This document shows positions 42,921-61,496 of a stretch of DNA of 64,000 nt, piece by piece. Origin of the DNA: the human T2T-CHM13v2.0 reference genome, Homo sapiens; NCBI RefSeq assembly GCF_009914755.1, contig NC_060931.1; one strand, written 5' to 3'. The position numbers and the translations under genes are program-made. The stretch's first letter is position 1. Each line of letters starts with the position of its first letter. The notes beneath the pieces were generated by a model, which saw only the letters and a list, made by a program, of their open reading frames with translations, did not search any database and was not told where the DNA came from.

Positions 42921-43658
42921 ATTCCTTAGAGCAAAAATTTTTAGAGACAGTCTGCCTTCACCTGCCACTTGCTATATGATTTTTCATTCCTCATCTGTAA
43001 CATAGGTGTGATATCTACCTCATAGAATTGTTGGAGGACTAAATGAGAGAAATCGTATCCATTTTTTGGCGGAATAGCTGACACACAGTTATCATCAGCT
43101 ATGGTCATCATTATTAGTATTATTAATATCATCACCAACATTATCATTATTGTTTCTTTCTCTCCTTTTGACCTCTTTTTTCATGCAAAAGCTCCTGAAA
43201 AGGATAATACATTACCCGAGAAGCTGGTGACTCATCAGTTGTTTTTTTCCTAACAGAAGAGAGCAGAGAGGTATTAAGGCAGAAGGAAAGAAAGAGGTAG
43301 AGAGACCTCAAAGACAACTTAGAGCAGAGTTTTACCCCAAATTAGTTGGGATACATTTACAAAACAGTTCATTTGGAGTCTAGTCTCGTATTTGGCATCT
43401 GTAATCTTTATTGGGTTTCCGGAGCCTATTAAGGAATGAGCAAGGGCACTGCTAGCAGTGGTGACAGACCTTCTGTCCCTGCCCGAGGAATCCCGTCCAC
43501 TGTGGCCACCTGCCTATCCATGCTGCAGTGGGAAGTGGGCAACAATCCTCCGCAAGCTCTTCTGTTTACTGTGCCTGGAAACGGGCGTTTTGCCATGGAA
43601 AAATTTCTCATTGTACCCGTAAGTACAGAACACATATTGCACAATACGAAAGATCTTA

Positions 43659-43967
<309 letters not shown>

Positions 43968-44504
43968 CTTCTTATTAACCTGTGTACATACTGTGCTTCA
44001 AGAGTAGGACTGAGTGCCATTCCTGAGGTGTCATTCCACTCTTTACTCAGGGGTTAAAAGTCTAAAGGTGACCCGCAGTCACATCCTCACTTTTTTCTCT
44101 AGATCACACACTTTCCACTGATGCCTAAAGTCTTACTGTTTAATGCCACCAGCTTCTCCCTCAGGTCAAGTATTCTTATTTTCTGTATTTCATTTTTCAC
44201 TTTTCACCTTTATGAAAAGGACTGAGCACATGGTAGAATAGAAAATGGTGCAAAAACTGTTCAGTGAAAGGTGCATCTCATTTCCATCCAGGCTGCCCAG
44301 TGCCATTGGCCAGAATTGCCAACCATTTGTTCATTCACTCAGAAAGTGTGATGGGGTGCATTGTCTGTGCTAGCCACTGTTTGGGGTGCTTGGAATCTAG
44401 CAGCATACAAATAGATTAGATCCCTGCCTTCTAGTAGGGGTTGATGGGCTACAAGCAACATATATGAGCAAGTTATTATAGGGTAGGTTAGAAAGTGATG
44501 AATG

Positions 44505-44722
44505 CAGCCTGGGCAACATGGTGAAACCTTGTCTCTACAAAAAAATTTAAAAAAAAAATTAGCTGGGTGTGGTGGCACACCTGTAGTCCTAGCTACTAGG
44601 GAGGCTGAAGTGAGAGGATCGCCTGAGCCCGGAGGTGGAGGTTGCAGTAAGCCGAGATCGTGCCACTGCACTTCAGCCTGGACAACAGAGAGACCCTGTC
44701 TCAAAAAGAAAAAAAGAAAAAG
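44505..44722 (+). mobile_element. 5'-truncated AluJ inside an L2 fragment
   Basis: TSD agaaagtga..aatgc. Confidence 0.85.
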
Positions 44723-44805
44723 AAAGTGACTAATGCTATGGACAGAAATAAGCAAGGGTGGGGGACAGGCTGATCAGGTTCACTTATGAAATATCTATCA
44801 CACAA

Positions 44806-45280
44806 GCTAAGTGTCCATCAACAGATGAATGGATAAAGAAAATGTGGATACACACACACACACACAGACACACACATACAATGGACTATTATTCAGCCAT
44901 TTAAAAAATGAAATCATGTCATTTGCAGCAACATGGATGGAACTGGAGGTCATTTTGTTAAGTGAAATAAGCCAGGCACAGTGAGACAAATATCAAATGT
45001 TCTCACTCATATCTGAGAGCTAAAAATGTGGATCTCATGGAGGTGGAGAGTAGGATGGTGGTTACCAGAGGCTGGGAAGGGAAGGGGGAGTGGGGGAGGA
45101 AGGGATGTTGGCTAATGGGTACAAACATAGAATTAGATAGTAGAAATAAATTATAGTATTCAGCAGTACAGTAGGGAAATTAAAGTTGACTATAATTTAT
45201 TATATATTTCAAAATAGCTATCAGGTTTCAAAATATCACATGTACCCCAACAATATGTACGACTATTATATATCAATTTT
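44806..45280 (+). mobile_element. L1MA-type 3' end
   Basis: tgtccatcaacagatgaatggataaagaaaatgtgg..gcaacatggatggaactggagg..ggttaccagaggctggg..cacatgtacccc. Confidence 0.85.
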
Positions 45281-45319
45281 CTTAAAGTCATAAACATTAT
45301 AATGGGAAAAAAAATAGTA

Positions 45320-45520
45320 TATACCACTGGCCAGAAATTCTCCTGAGCACTTTACATATGTTAACTATCTGAATCCTCATAACAAGCCCAGGCACTCTTA
45401 TCATCGTCATTGTAAAGGGAAACTGAGGCACAGAAGAGGTAGGAACATGGCTCAAAGTCACAAAGCGAATGAGTAATGAGACCTGGGCTTTCACACAGGC
45501 TGCCTGGCTCCAGAGCCCGA
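45320..45520. mobile_element. MIR
   Basis: gaaactgaggcacagaagaggt..gtcaca..ctggctccagagcc. Confidence 0.75.
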
Positions 45521-45524
45521 GCCT

Positions 45525-46345
<821 letters not shown>

Positions 46346-46889
46346 TAATTTAACAAATCAACTTTTGATCACATGTATTACTTAGCTAAGCCTCACTACT
46401 CAGAAGGGGAGAAGTATAGGAGCAAGTGGTTGCTTTAGCAAATGTCCTATCCTGTCCTATCAATATGATGGTGTCTCCTTCTTGGGGTTTCATAAGTCAG
46501 TACCCTGAAGGTCATTGACACTCCATGTGTGTATTTTCTATGCAGAACCCCCACGGAGGCCACTTTTGGTCGCCTTCTCCATACAATAGATGGGGAGTGA
46601 CCATAAGGAAGTACCCCTTAAAGTAACTAAAGAGCTCAAGCTTGAGCAGTGGAACCTCTCCAGGTACTTCTAAGAGCAGGACAGACAGGGTCAGTCTAGA
46701 GAAGTGAATGCTTTGAGAAGATTACACAGTCCTCTAACAATAACATCCATGATGATTTTGTAGAATTCTCTATGCCTAGCATAATGCTAAATGAGTCACA
46801 GCCTTTTTCCTAGACTTGCACTCTCCGGTATGGTAGCCACGGGTCACATGTGGCTATCAAGCGCTTGAAATATGGTTAGTCTGAATTAA

Positions 46890-47347
<458 letters not shown>

Positions 47348-47425
47348 GTGACACAGGTATTCTAAGGGATGCTGCTGTGCTGATTAGTAACTCTGAACAC
47401 ATTGTTTTTTTCACTATTTTAATAG

Positions 47426-47458
47426 TATGTTATATATACATATATACACATATATATA

Positions 47459-47492
<34 letters not shown>

Positions 47493-47554
47493 GGTAACAG
47501 AGTGATATACAAATATATATATATATACACACACACACATATATATATGTATAT
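47426..47554. repeat. (TA)/(TG)/(CA) compound microsatellite with embedded inverted repeat
   Basis: Directly visible. Confidence 0.9.
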
Positions 47555-47840
47555 CACTCTGTTACCTAGGCCGGAGTGCAGTGGCACGATCTAGGCTCAC
47601 TGCAACCTCCGCCTCCTGAGTTCAAGCGATCCTCCTGGGTTCAAGCAGTTCTCCTGCCTCAGCCTCTGGAGTAGCTGGAATTACAGGCGTGCACCACCAA
47701 GCCCGGCTAATTTTTGTATTTTTAGTAGAGACGGGGTTTCATCATGTTGGCCAGGCTGGTCTCGAACTCCTGGCCTCAAGTGATTCAGCCACCTGGACCT
47801 CTCAAAATGCTGGAATTATAGGAATGAACCAACACGCTCA
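47555..47840 (-). mobile_element. AluS with internal ~20-bp tandem duplication
   Basis: cctcctgagttcaagcgat cctcctgggttcaagcagt. Confidence 0.88.
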
Positions 47841-49144
47841 TGGTGTGTTATATTTTTTACTGTTAAGTACTTATGTCTAAATAAACGTGAGAAAATGATT
47901 GCTTATCAGTAGCACATAAATGAGCGTCAGGAATGATGTTGCCAAACAAGCACAGATTGTCCCATGGGTGGTTGAGATAGTGACACCTTTGGTTTCTGAT
48001 CATTCGATTGATAAAAACTTTGTTTCATGCACAAAATTATTAACAGTATTATATAAAATTACCTTCAGGCCATGTGTATAATATGTATATGAAACACACA
48101 TGATTTTTGAATTTAGACTTGGGTCTTATTCCCGAGATATCTCATTTATGTATATGCAGATATTCCAAAATCTGAAATCCGAAATACTTGTGGTCCCAAG
48201 CATTTCGAATAAGAGATGCTCAACCTGTACGTGTGAAATACACATTGGACTTCGAAAACTTAGTGCAAAAAACAGAATGTAAAATACTCATGAACATTTT
48301 TTACATGTTGAAATGATATTTTGGACATGAGTTAAGTAAAATATAGCACTAAAATTAATTTTGCCTATTTCTTTTTACTTTTCTTAATGGGCTACTAGAA
48401 AATGTTAAATCACACATGTGGCTCACATTGTGGCTTCCATTATGTTTCTATTGGACAGCACTGGTTCTAGACAAGTCCTCACAGTTATCTTATCAGCTGG
48501 ATGGTATTATCATCCTTCTATTATGGGTGAGGAAATTGAAGCTTAGAGCGCTTAAGTCAATTACCTATGATCATACAGCTGTGGCTTAAGCGCAACTCTG
48601 TCTCCAATTCTGAATTCTTACCCATTGCTCTAGGCTGTCTCCCCATAGTCCAGAAATGTAACCCAAGTGATAGAAAAATGGTTAGGATCATTAGCTGTGG
48701 CAAAAGGCTGTTTTCATATCTTCATTGTAGAGCACAGGAAAAATGGTCTATGAAGTTCTGTAAAGTAGAATTTAGGGTGCAGTTGGAGGAAATTGCCTAT
48801 GAGAAAGTTTCTTAAATACTAACTCCTGTTTGTAATGGTTCGGGGCTCACCCACTGAGGATCGAAGGTAGAAGGAACTATTTCAGAGCTTGCTTTCATTT
48901 CTACGATTCTATCACAATTGACATTAGATTCACAGGTCAGCCTCTGCTGTAACATTCAGATTGAGATGGAGTAGACTGAGATGAATGAGTGCTTCATTTT
49001 CATCCCTTTTCCCTGTAAAGTGGAGGGTTTTAATTTCATCCCATTTCATTCGAATTTGTGAAAACCTCAATAGGACATTCTTCACAGCAATCCTGCCCTC
49101 TTCTAAGTTTCAGTGGAGAGGAGAGACAAAACTGTCAAGGAGAG

Positions 49145-49203
49145 AAACCATTCTCTGAAATATTAAGCCATTCTCTAAAATATTAAACCATTCTCTAAAA
49201 TAT
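49145..49203. repeat. 20-bp tandem repeat x3
   Basis: aa(a/g)ccattctct(g/a)aaatatt units. Confidence 0.9.
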
Positions 49204-49563
49204 ATATTTTAACTTGGTAAAATCTTCTTTTTCCTAAGGGCATCAGTGTTCTTCGCTCACAAGTAACTCTCGTGTGTATATCATTAATGCTAACGATTAC
49301 TAGTTGTTAAATGCTATGACAATTTTATTTGCATTTTACATATATTATACTTGTATATAACATGTATCACGGGTATAATTTACTTTTTAAACTTCAAATA
49401 CCGAAGAGGATGCCCAGTTTAGAACAGTAGCTCCTTGGGCTATTTTTCCAAGTTGGGAAGGCAGGGGGAGGATTGGAATAATTGCAAATTAAGCTTTGCC
49501 ACAGGGCCTCGTTCCCAAATGTTTAAACCCTCTCATATTATTAGGGGCTAAAAATGTTGCTAA

Positions 49564-49905
<342 letters not shown>

Positions 49906-50359
49906 ACTTATTTGTTTTTTATTTCTTCCCCCAGACTACAACTTTATAGCTTACCAAGAAACATGGCAACTGGACTCCTATAAGATTAATGCAAGCCAAA
50001 AATCAAGCCCTAAGAAGCTAAAACGTTTCTAGACATATATGTGCCATTTTTTTTGTTGTTTGTTTCTATTTTATTTTTTATTCAGGATCAGATTTTTAGT
50101 GCCCCTTCATTAGGTTCACTTTGGCTTAAATAGCTACATGGAAAATACATTCCAGCATTTGTTTTTTGTTTAGTCACTCTTCCATAAAATTCCTTAGCGG
50201 TTTCAAATGTCATTCAGATGAGATGACAATGAATCATAGAAGGAAGACAGAGAGAGAATGGTATTGGGAAAGGGATAGGGAGCTGGGAATCAGATGACCT
50301 GAATTCTAGTTCTGTTGCAAGAACAAATTGGCAACAAGGCCCTGGAGAATTCAAGTCCA

Positions 50360-51820
<1,461 letters not shown>

Positions 51821-51859
51821 GCCCATTCCGAACACACTGGCTAACGTAATCATATAAAA

Positions 51860-52625
<766 letters not shown>

Positions 52626-52749
52626 ACAACCTGGAAACTGAAGCTGTAAAAAAAAAAAATTAATGAAATGATCCACTGTTTTCAAGGGTATGATGAGGTT
52701 TGCTACCTCATGAGTACACCATTACACCATTCTTGGGACTGGGCATTGT

Positions 52750-53620
52750 TATAATCCCTTTGAAAAGCAATTTGGCAGTAAGTATAAAGAGTCATAAAAT
52801 GTCCATCTCCTGCAACGTTTTATGTTTTGAAAATTCTGAAAGTCAATTCTAAGAAGATAATCTAAAATGTGGAAAAGAAGGCCAGGTATGGTGGCTTATG
52901 CCTGTAATCCCAGCACTTTGGGAGGCTGAGGCAGGAGGATTGCCTGAGCCTAGGAGTTCAAGACCAGCCTAGGGCAACATGGTGAGACTCTGTCTCTATA
53001 AAATATAAAAAATTAACCAGGTATGATGGCACATATCTGTGGTCGCAGCTACTCAGGAGGCTGAGGTGAGAGGATCACCTGAGCCTGGGAGGTTGAGGCT
53101 GCAGTGAGCTGTTATGGGACCACTGCACTCCAGCCTGGGCAACAGAGCAAGACTCTGTCTCAAAAAAAAAAAAAAATAATGTGGAAAAGAAAACACACAG
53201 AAAAATGTATACTAATGTGATATTTATGATATCAAGAAATTGGAAAGATTCTAAACATCTAACAATATACAGAGATAGTTAAATTAAGTAAATTACTGTT
53301 CATTTACTTAATGATATATTATTCACTTGTTAAAAGGATAGTTATGAAAGGCTGGTTAGCAACAAGGAAAATGCTATGAGACAATGTTATACTTAAAATA
53401 ACAGGATCCACAACTGTATACAGTGTGATTTCACGTATCTTTAAATATACACCTGAAAAAGGACTAGGAGGAAATTAACCCAAATGCTGATATTAAATGA
53501 ATTAGGCTAATGGAATTATTGGTGACTTATTTTTCCTAAATCTTTTCAGTTTTCTGTATTTAGGTTATATCCTTTCTGTAATGTGCTATTTAATTTTTTA
53601 TAATAATCATTTTTTAAAAT
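52750..53620 (+). mobile_element. Old L1 (L1ME-type) with AluJ 52880-53177
   Basis: tttgaaaagcaatttggcagta..; Alu TSD aatgtggaaaagaa. Confidence 0.65.
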
Positions 53621-54176
53621 ACTCAAAAGAAACTGCTGTTACAACTAACTCACCACCATCTAGATGGCATTGTTGGGTATCAGTGGTAAGTGTGAGTCTC
53701 CAGGCTGTGGCTTCTACTTTTAGTTCTGAGGATCCTGACATCAATGGCTGGCCCTACAGCTCATTAGCCTCCCATGCCTCATTCCTCCGCTTTCTCACTC
53801 CTGACTCCTTCCTCTTTGCCACTCTTCCTGTATAATTTTAGGCTGTGTCTGCCTGATTATGAAGGACACAATTATGAAACAATAAAGGCTTTAAAAAAAA
53901 GCCACACAACTTGCCCCCATGCACCTTGACAATCTTTATGCATGGATTGAGGCTAAGCCACCATATTAATGTCCCCCTCTATTTTTCTCATCCTAGCTAC
54001 CCCTGTCCCCACTGGTAGACATTAAGGATTCCCACTTTGCTGTTCTCTGTAGCGCTTACCACCACCTGACATATTATGTATTTACTTATTTATTATAATA
54101 TCATGGCTGAGAAACTGAAGTGACTTAAAAAGGAAAAGAATTAATTCAATGTCTACCTACTAAGTGCCAGTTAAGC

Positions 54177-54219
54177 CTTTATGTATATTTTCTTTATGTA
54201 TATTTTCTTTATGTATATT
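54177..54219. repeat. 15-bp tandem repeat x3 within a MIR
   Basis: ctttatgtatatttt units. Confidence 0.85.
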
Positions 54220-54354
54220 ACCTCATTTTACCCTTGCAAGCCAGCAAAATAAGTATTACGTTTTAGTGATAAGAAAACTGAGGCTTAGAAAGGTTAAATA
54301 ATTTGTCCAAGTTCACTTATGTAGGAAGTTACCAAATTGAAATTTAAATCGTTG

Positions 54355-54671
54355 TTTTCTTTTTTTTTTTTTTTTGAGATAGCATCTAGCTCTTCCACCT
54401 AGGCTGGAGGGCAGTGGTGCAATCTTGGCTCACCGCAACCTCCACCTCCTGGGTTCAAGCAATTCGTGTGCCTTAACCTCCCCAGTAGCTGGGATTACAG
54501 GCACCCACCACCACGCCTGGCTAATATTTGTATTTTTAGTAAGACGGGTTTCACCCTATTGGCCAGGCTGGTCTCCAACTCATGACCTCAGTGATCTGCC
54601 CTCCTTGGCCTCCCAAAGTGCTGGGATTACAGGTGTGAGCCACCTCGCCCGGCCAGCCACCGTGTCCGGCT
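54355..54671 (-). mobile_element. AluS
   Basis: Reverse dimer with duplicated head agccacc..ccggc. Confidence 0.9.
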
Positions 54672-55432
54672 GAAACCCTCATTTTCTCATCTAAAGTCCT
54701 ATGTCCTTAGCCAATACACTAACAAACACACATCAATTATTAAGATAGCCTAAGTTAACTTATTATATAGGCATTGCCTAAGTGAACAATTGAATAACAG
54801 AATAATTCAATCTGAAACTCGTAATCAATTGATGCCCCAAATATCGTTGTATCTGAGTTAACCAGCTCATTGCTTCAGATTTTTTCTGCAATGTCTACAG
54901 TGTCTCGATAACTATTTGAGACCACAAAATTAACAGTTTGACTGTTAATTTTAACTACTTTGATTATCTGCAGTATTCTAAGTATTTATTTAGTAACTAA
55001 AACTAATTTTATCTGCTTTGATTAATGGCCTCTTTTGAAGGATCTGGAAGCTCTTTTTTGAGACAATAGAAAATTTTTTGATAAAGCAAAATTCTTAATT
55101 AAGTTAGATCCTTTCAACTGGTTAGTTAGACTTACGAATTGAGATTATTAATAGCAGACATGTAAGATGTCAAAAGGAATGTATTATCTAGTTAGGACTA
55201 ATAGGATTTTAGAGAAAATTTTTCACAAGAAGAGATTTTTCCATTTAATAACTCATTTATTTTCAAGCAATAGTCTGTTGAATAAAGATTCTAAGCAAAT
55301 TCACTGTAATGGGGATGAAGGAATTAAATAGAATTTCCCAAGAAATATTGTTCATAATGTTCACCATTATTACAGCTCAACGGTGTTCTTGTATGCCTTC
55401 TTTGGCTAAAGTCTCACATAGAAAACCCTTTC

Positions 55433-55590
55433 ACCTAGGCATGGTGGTTGACACCTGTAATCCTAACTACTTGGGAGACTGAGGTGGGAGGATCGCTTGA
55501 GCCCAGGAGTTTGAGGCTATAGTGAGCTACGATCATGCCACTGCACTGTTGGATAACACAGCAGACCCTATCTTTATGAAAGAAAGAGAG
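55433..55590 (+). mobile_element. Alu monomer (FLAM/FAM-like)
   Basis: Single arm, gaggatcgcttgagcccaggagtttgaggct. Confidence 0.8.
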
Positions 55591-55654
55591 AGGGAGAGAG
55601 AGAGCGAGCCATTGTAGCTGCTGACATAGACGTGAGGAGTCATAACATGATCAC

Positions 55655-55830
55655 CCTCATCATAGCTAACAATTTTGAGAATTTACTGTGAGCCAGCCTT
55701 CACTGCATACTGCACTAAATTATCTCATTTTAATGCTCAAAATTCTATAAAGTAGGCACAAATGTTATACTCATTTTTAGATAAAGAAACTGAGGCATAG
55801 AAAGATTAAGTAACTTGTTCAAGGGACAGC
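55655..55830. mobile_element. MIR
   Basis: catttttagataaagaaactgaggcatagaaagattaagtaacttgttcaagg. Confidence 0.8.
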
Positions 55831-56944
55831 ATTTAACATAAAACACGGATATGTTATATTGGCTGTTTTGCCTTCTCTGTGATGCTGAGAAAATAACATT
55901 TTTTGAAGGAATTTCAAGTTCGACTTTACAGCTTTAATTTAAAAGGAAAACTGAAAGGCCTTTTGAATTGCTGTGGCTGTTATACCAGTGACTAATTCCA
56001 TTGGAAAGCTGGTTCAGTGAGAGCTGAAATTTTAAAAGTCTGAAACATCTGAGAGAGTGGGTTCCCCTTGGCTAGTTGGTGCTTCCCTCACAACCTTTTC
56101 CCACATCAGCCTGTGCTGTAAACCTCCCTTTCACTCTGTGATGATTTCATCTCTGAGGGTTTGTAACTCATGGAGCTGTCCTTGGTCTGACAGGTCAGAG
56201 AAGAAAAGTTTTTGCCTGGGGTCTCTGGCTTCTCACAAAGTTGCTGCACTTCTCAACTGATTTATATTAATAGAAATCCACAAACCCACCATGTACAACA
56301 GATTGAGAGAATTCTTAGGAGAGTGCATGAAAACGCTGAAGTACTTCATCATAGTACATTTTAATTTTTCCCTGCATTGGAGCAGAGCTTTCCCATCTTA
56401 GATCAGGAAATGGGAAACCTAAAGTTCACTTACTCAATAAAATCAGGCTGGAGACCCATTTTGGGCAGTTCTAAATGCTGCAAAAGATCAAGATAACATT
56501 CCTCCCCTCAAAGATTTTACATGTCAGTGATAAGACACACATAAAAAAGTTAAACAACCCGACATCATAAAGAGATGAATCAGAAGCCAATAGGGTTCCA
56601 AGGATACCAAGTGTTTGAAATCCAAGGCAGGGTTACAGGGAGGAGGTCATTGGATGCTGAAATGGTGAGGGAGGTTTCTGGGGAGAGAGAGGAAACTTAA
56701 TATAGGTCTTGAAGAGGAGAAAGCTAGCCACAGGACAGAGTGTATACTGTAACCCCACTTACCTAAAAATGAAGCAAAACAAAAACTGTATAGGTTTATT
56801 AAATGCAGTGAAAAAGAGTCGGAAGGATAACTAGCAAATTGGAAGAAGGGCAATACAGTTGGCAGGTGGGAGAGGGGAAGGGCTAGAATTAATAGGGACT
56901 TTCAGTTTTTACTGTATGTATACTTCTTTATTATTGTTTAAATA

Positions 56945-57247
<303 letters not shown>

Positions 57248-57603
57248 TGTTTGAATATTTTTCTAATGAGGATATACTCATACATTGTTTGGTATAATTA
57301 AGAAATACAACATTGACAAAGAACAGATAGAACTTGGGTTTGTAGAGCAAAAGAAAGAGGATATTTTAGTTGAGAAGAACAGCTTAAGTACATGCCTGAA
57401 GTTGGAAATGTCCAGGGTGTATTTTGGGCAACAATGAGGAGACCAGTGGGACCAGCACAGAAGGGACATAGTAGCAGGTAGATTGGGGCCAGGTGGAGAA
57501 GAGCTGTTAATGAAGACCTAGTGTGAGCCTTTCACCTTCCACCAAAGCAATGAAGAGCCTTCGAAGAGTTGATCTGGAGTCCATTAATCTGTCCACACAA
57601 GAA

Positions 57604-58103
<500 letters not shown>

Positions 58104-58627
58104 AAGAATTAATTTATTGATGAGCATACCTGAAAACCTAGCAAAGTTAGATAATAGAAATTGAAATCTACCTTTCTTGTACACCATGAAAAGCCACGGA
58201 ACTGTCTCCTATAGTAACTGCAGCAAGAAAGGTTCTGATGTATACAAACCTGATGTTGGACTTTTCAAGAAACACTGAAAATAGAAATGCTGTCAGATGC
58301 AACTGGGGAACAACCACTTATACTTGATCCATAGTATTAATTCCACTGTAAATCTCTGTGTAATGCTTGATAGCTATGATGAATGACTTAAATGTAGTAG
58401 AGAGATTTTGATCCCCAGCATATGAGAAATGACTGAGTCAAATTTGTAGAAGTTGATTAAAAATTACTTGATTTAAACAAATGAAAATCAGGTGGATTCT
58501 GTAACATGATATTTGCATTAGTGAATATGTGTTTTCCTTGAATGAATTGACAAAAATCAATATTTTCTTTAAACTTGCATTTATAACACTATTCAAATAC
58601 TTATGTATACATCATATTTTGTATATA

Positions 58628-58630
<3 letters not shown>

Positions 58631-58662
<32 letters not shown>
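58631..58662. repeat. (AC)16 microsatellite
   Basis: Directly visible. Confidence 0.95.
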
Positions 58663-58664
<2 letters not shown>

Positions 58665-58932
58665 TCATACAACAGACATAATAAAGCAAAAATCTGTAGC
58701 TATCTGGGAGTGACGAAGTACCTGACGTACAAGCCCATCTTGAAGGAAATATTAAATCTAATAAGGGAAAAACACTACAGATAGTTGAACCTTGAGTCAG
58801 TCATGCATTCTGACTCATGTGAAATGATTGGATTCTGGGTGAGATGAATTTTTTTATTGACAACAAGTGGAAGAGGGACATATCGGAGTCCTAGAATGAT
58901 AATGCAAATTAGCTTTATAAAAACATAGTCTT

Positions 58933-59337
<405 letters not shown>

Positions 59338-59418
59338 TCAAAACAAAACAACAAAACAACATAGTCTTCATTTACTACAGATTTTCTTGTAACCAGAAGT
59401 ACTGACAAATTGAATTGA

Positions 59419-59765
<347 letters not shown>

Positions 59766-60444
59766 CCCTTTAAAGACTTTTGATGCTCATTTATCCCTCA
59801 CTCCACCGTTTCCTTTTCATTCCACAATATGTGTCTTTTTTCAGAGACACAGATGGCACTCTTAATCGGAAAAACTGAACTTTCTTGCCTGGTGATGGGA
59901 AAACAATAGCGGGGACAAGAAAGGTTTTAAAAGCCTTCGAAAGTTCCTTGGAAAGGGAGATTCCTGATTTCATATGTTGCATTTTCCTCAGAACCCGTTT
60001 TCTCTTCTTAATCCTTCTTTATCCTACAAAATTACTTTGTGGTATCTCTTCCCGACATGAGGTGAGGGCAGCACAAGGCATCTGACCTCCACATGTTGGG
60101 AGAAGGCAGGAATGCAAGATGATCCTGTGCCTGACGTGATTAAACAGACTCACACACATTTTACAATAACCAATTTTGGAATAAAAAATGATCCTTTAAG
60201 AAAAATCTCCTGATTGTTTTAATATAGTTCTCAGTACCAATCTTGATGAGAATTGATAATTCAAACCAGTAAATATTTACTGCTACCTGCCAAGTTGAAT
60301 TAAAAAAATTCATTTGGTTCTAACAATATTGTACTCTTGAGTAGAGTTATAGAACAAGAGCAAGTACAGACTAAGTTTCCAGTACAATTCAGACAGGGCA
60401 AGTCTGTTCTCTCCTCCCCACTTGTCTCCCTCCCTGATAACTGG

Positions 60445-60449
60445 TAGAT

Positions 60450-60498
<49 letters not shown>

Positions 60499-60765
60499 GG
60501 TGGGTATATAGATAGGCAGATGGATGGATGGATGGATGGATGGATGGATGGATGGATGGATGGATGGATGGGGAGACAGAGAGATAGGGTGGGTGGATGG
60601 ATGGATGGGTGGATAGATGGATAGGGTGGATGGATGGGTGGATGGATAGATAGATAGATTAGATTAGATAGATAGACAGATAGATAGATAGATAGATAGA
60701 TAGAATGGATGGATAGAGAGAGAGAGATAGAATGGATGGATGGATAGATAGATAGATAGATAGAG
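60445..60765. repeat. Compound tetranucleotide STR: (GATA)12 at 60450-60497, (GATG)13 at 60519-60570, further degenerate GATA/GGAT blocks
   Basis: Counted directly. Confidence 0.95.
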
Positions 60766-61096
60766 TAGGTGGAAGAAACTTCTTCCTGATTTTGTTGTTC
60801 TCCCACATATGAAAAGATGGAGCTTCTGTGACTGACAATAGCTTAAGCAAAGACAGGGAAATAATATTTATGAGTGCAGAAGTTAGTCAGGTCATTCTAA
60901 GTAGAAAGATGACAGCCAATTTTGTAATCCCACAACATTTTTTAAAAGAGAGGAAGGATTAGGTATTGGTGAAGAATTGATACCCTAAAATAATGCTAAG
61001 AAAAAATAGGAACATCTAGAGAGTTAGGAAAGATTTTGGACACCCAAATAACTACCCTCCATTTCTTTATTTGTACATCAACATGTTTGAGATTAA

Positions 61097-61496
<400 letters not shown>

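Noticed and set aside
53657-53670. ccatctagatggca as a CTCF site
   Set aside because: 12-bp palindrome with mismatches in the 5' core; not supportable without ChIP data.
60300-60850. 168-aa and 63-aa minus-strand ORFs rich in IYLS/IHPS
   Set aside because: Translation of the GATA/GATG microsatellite.
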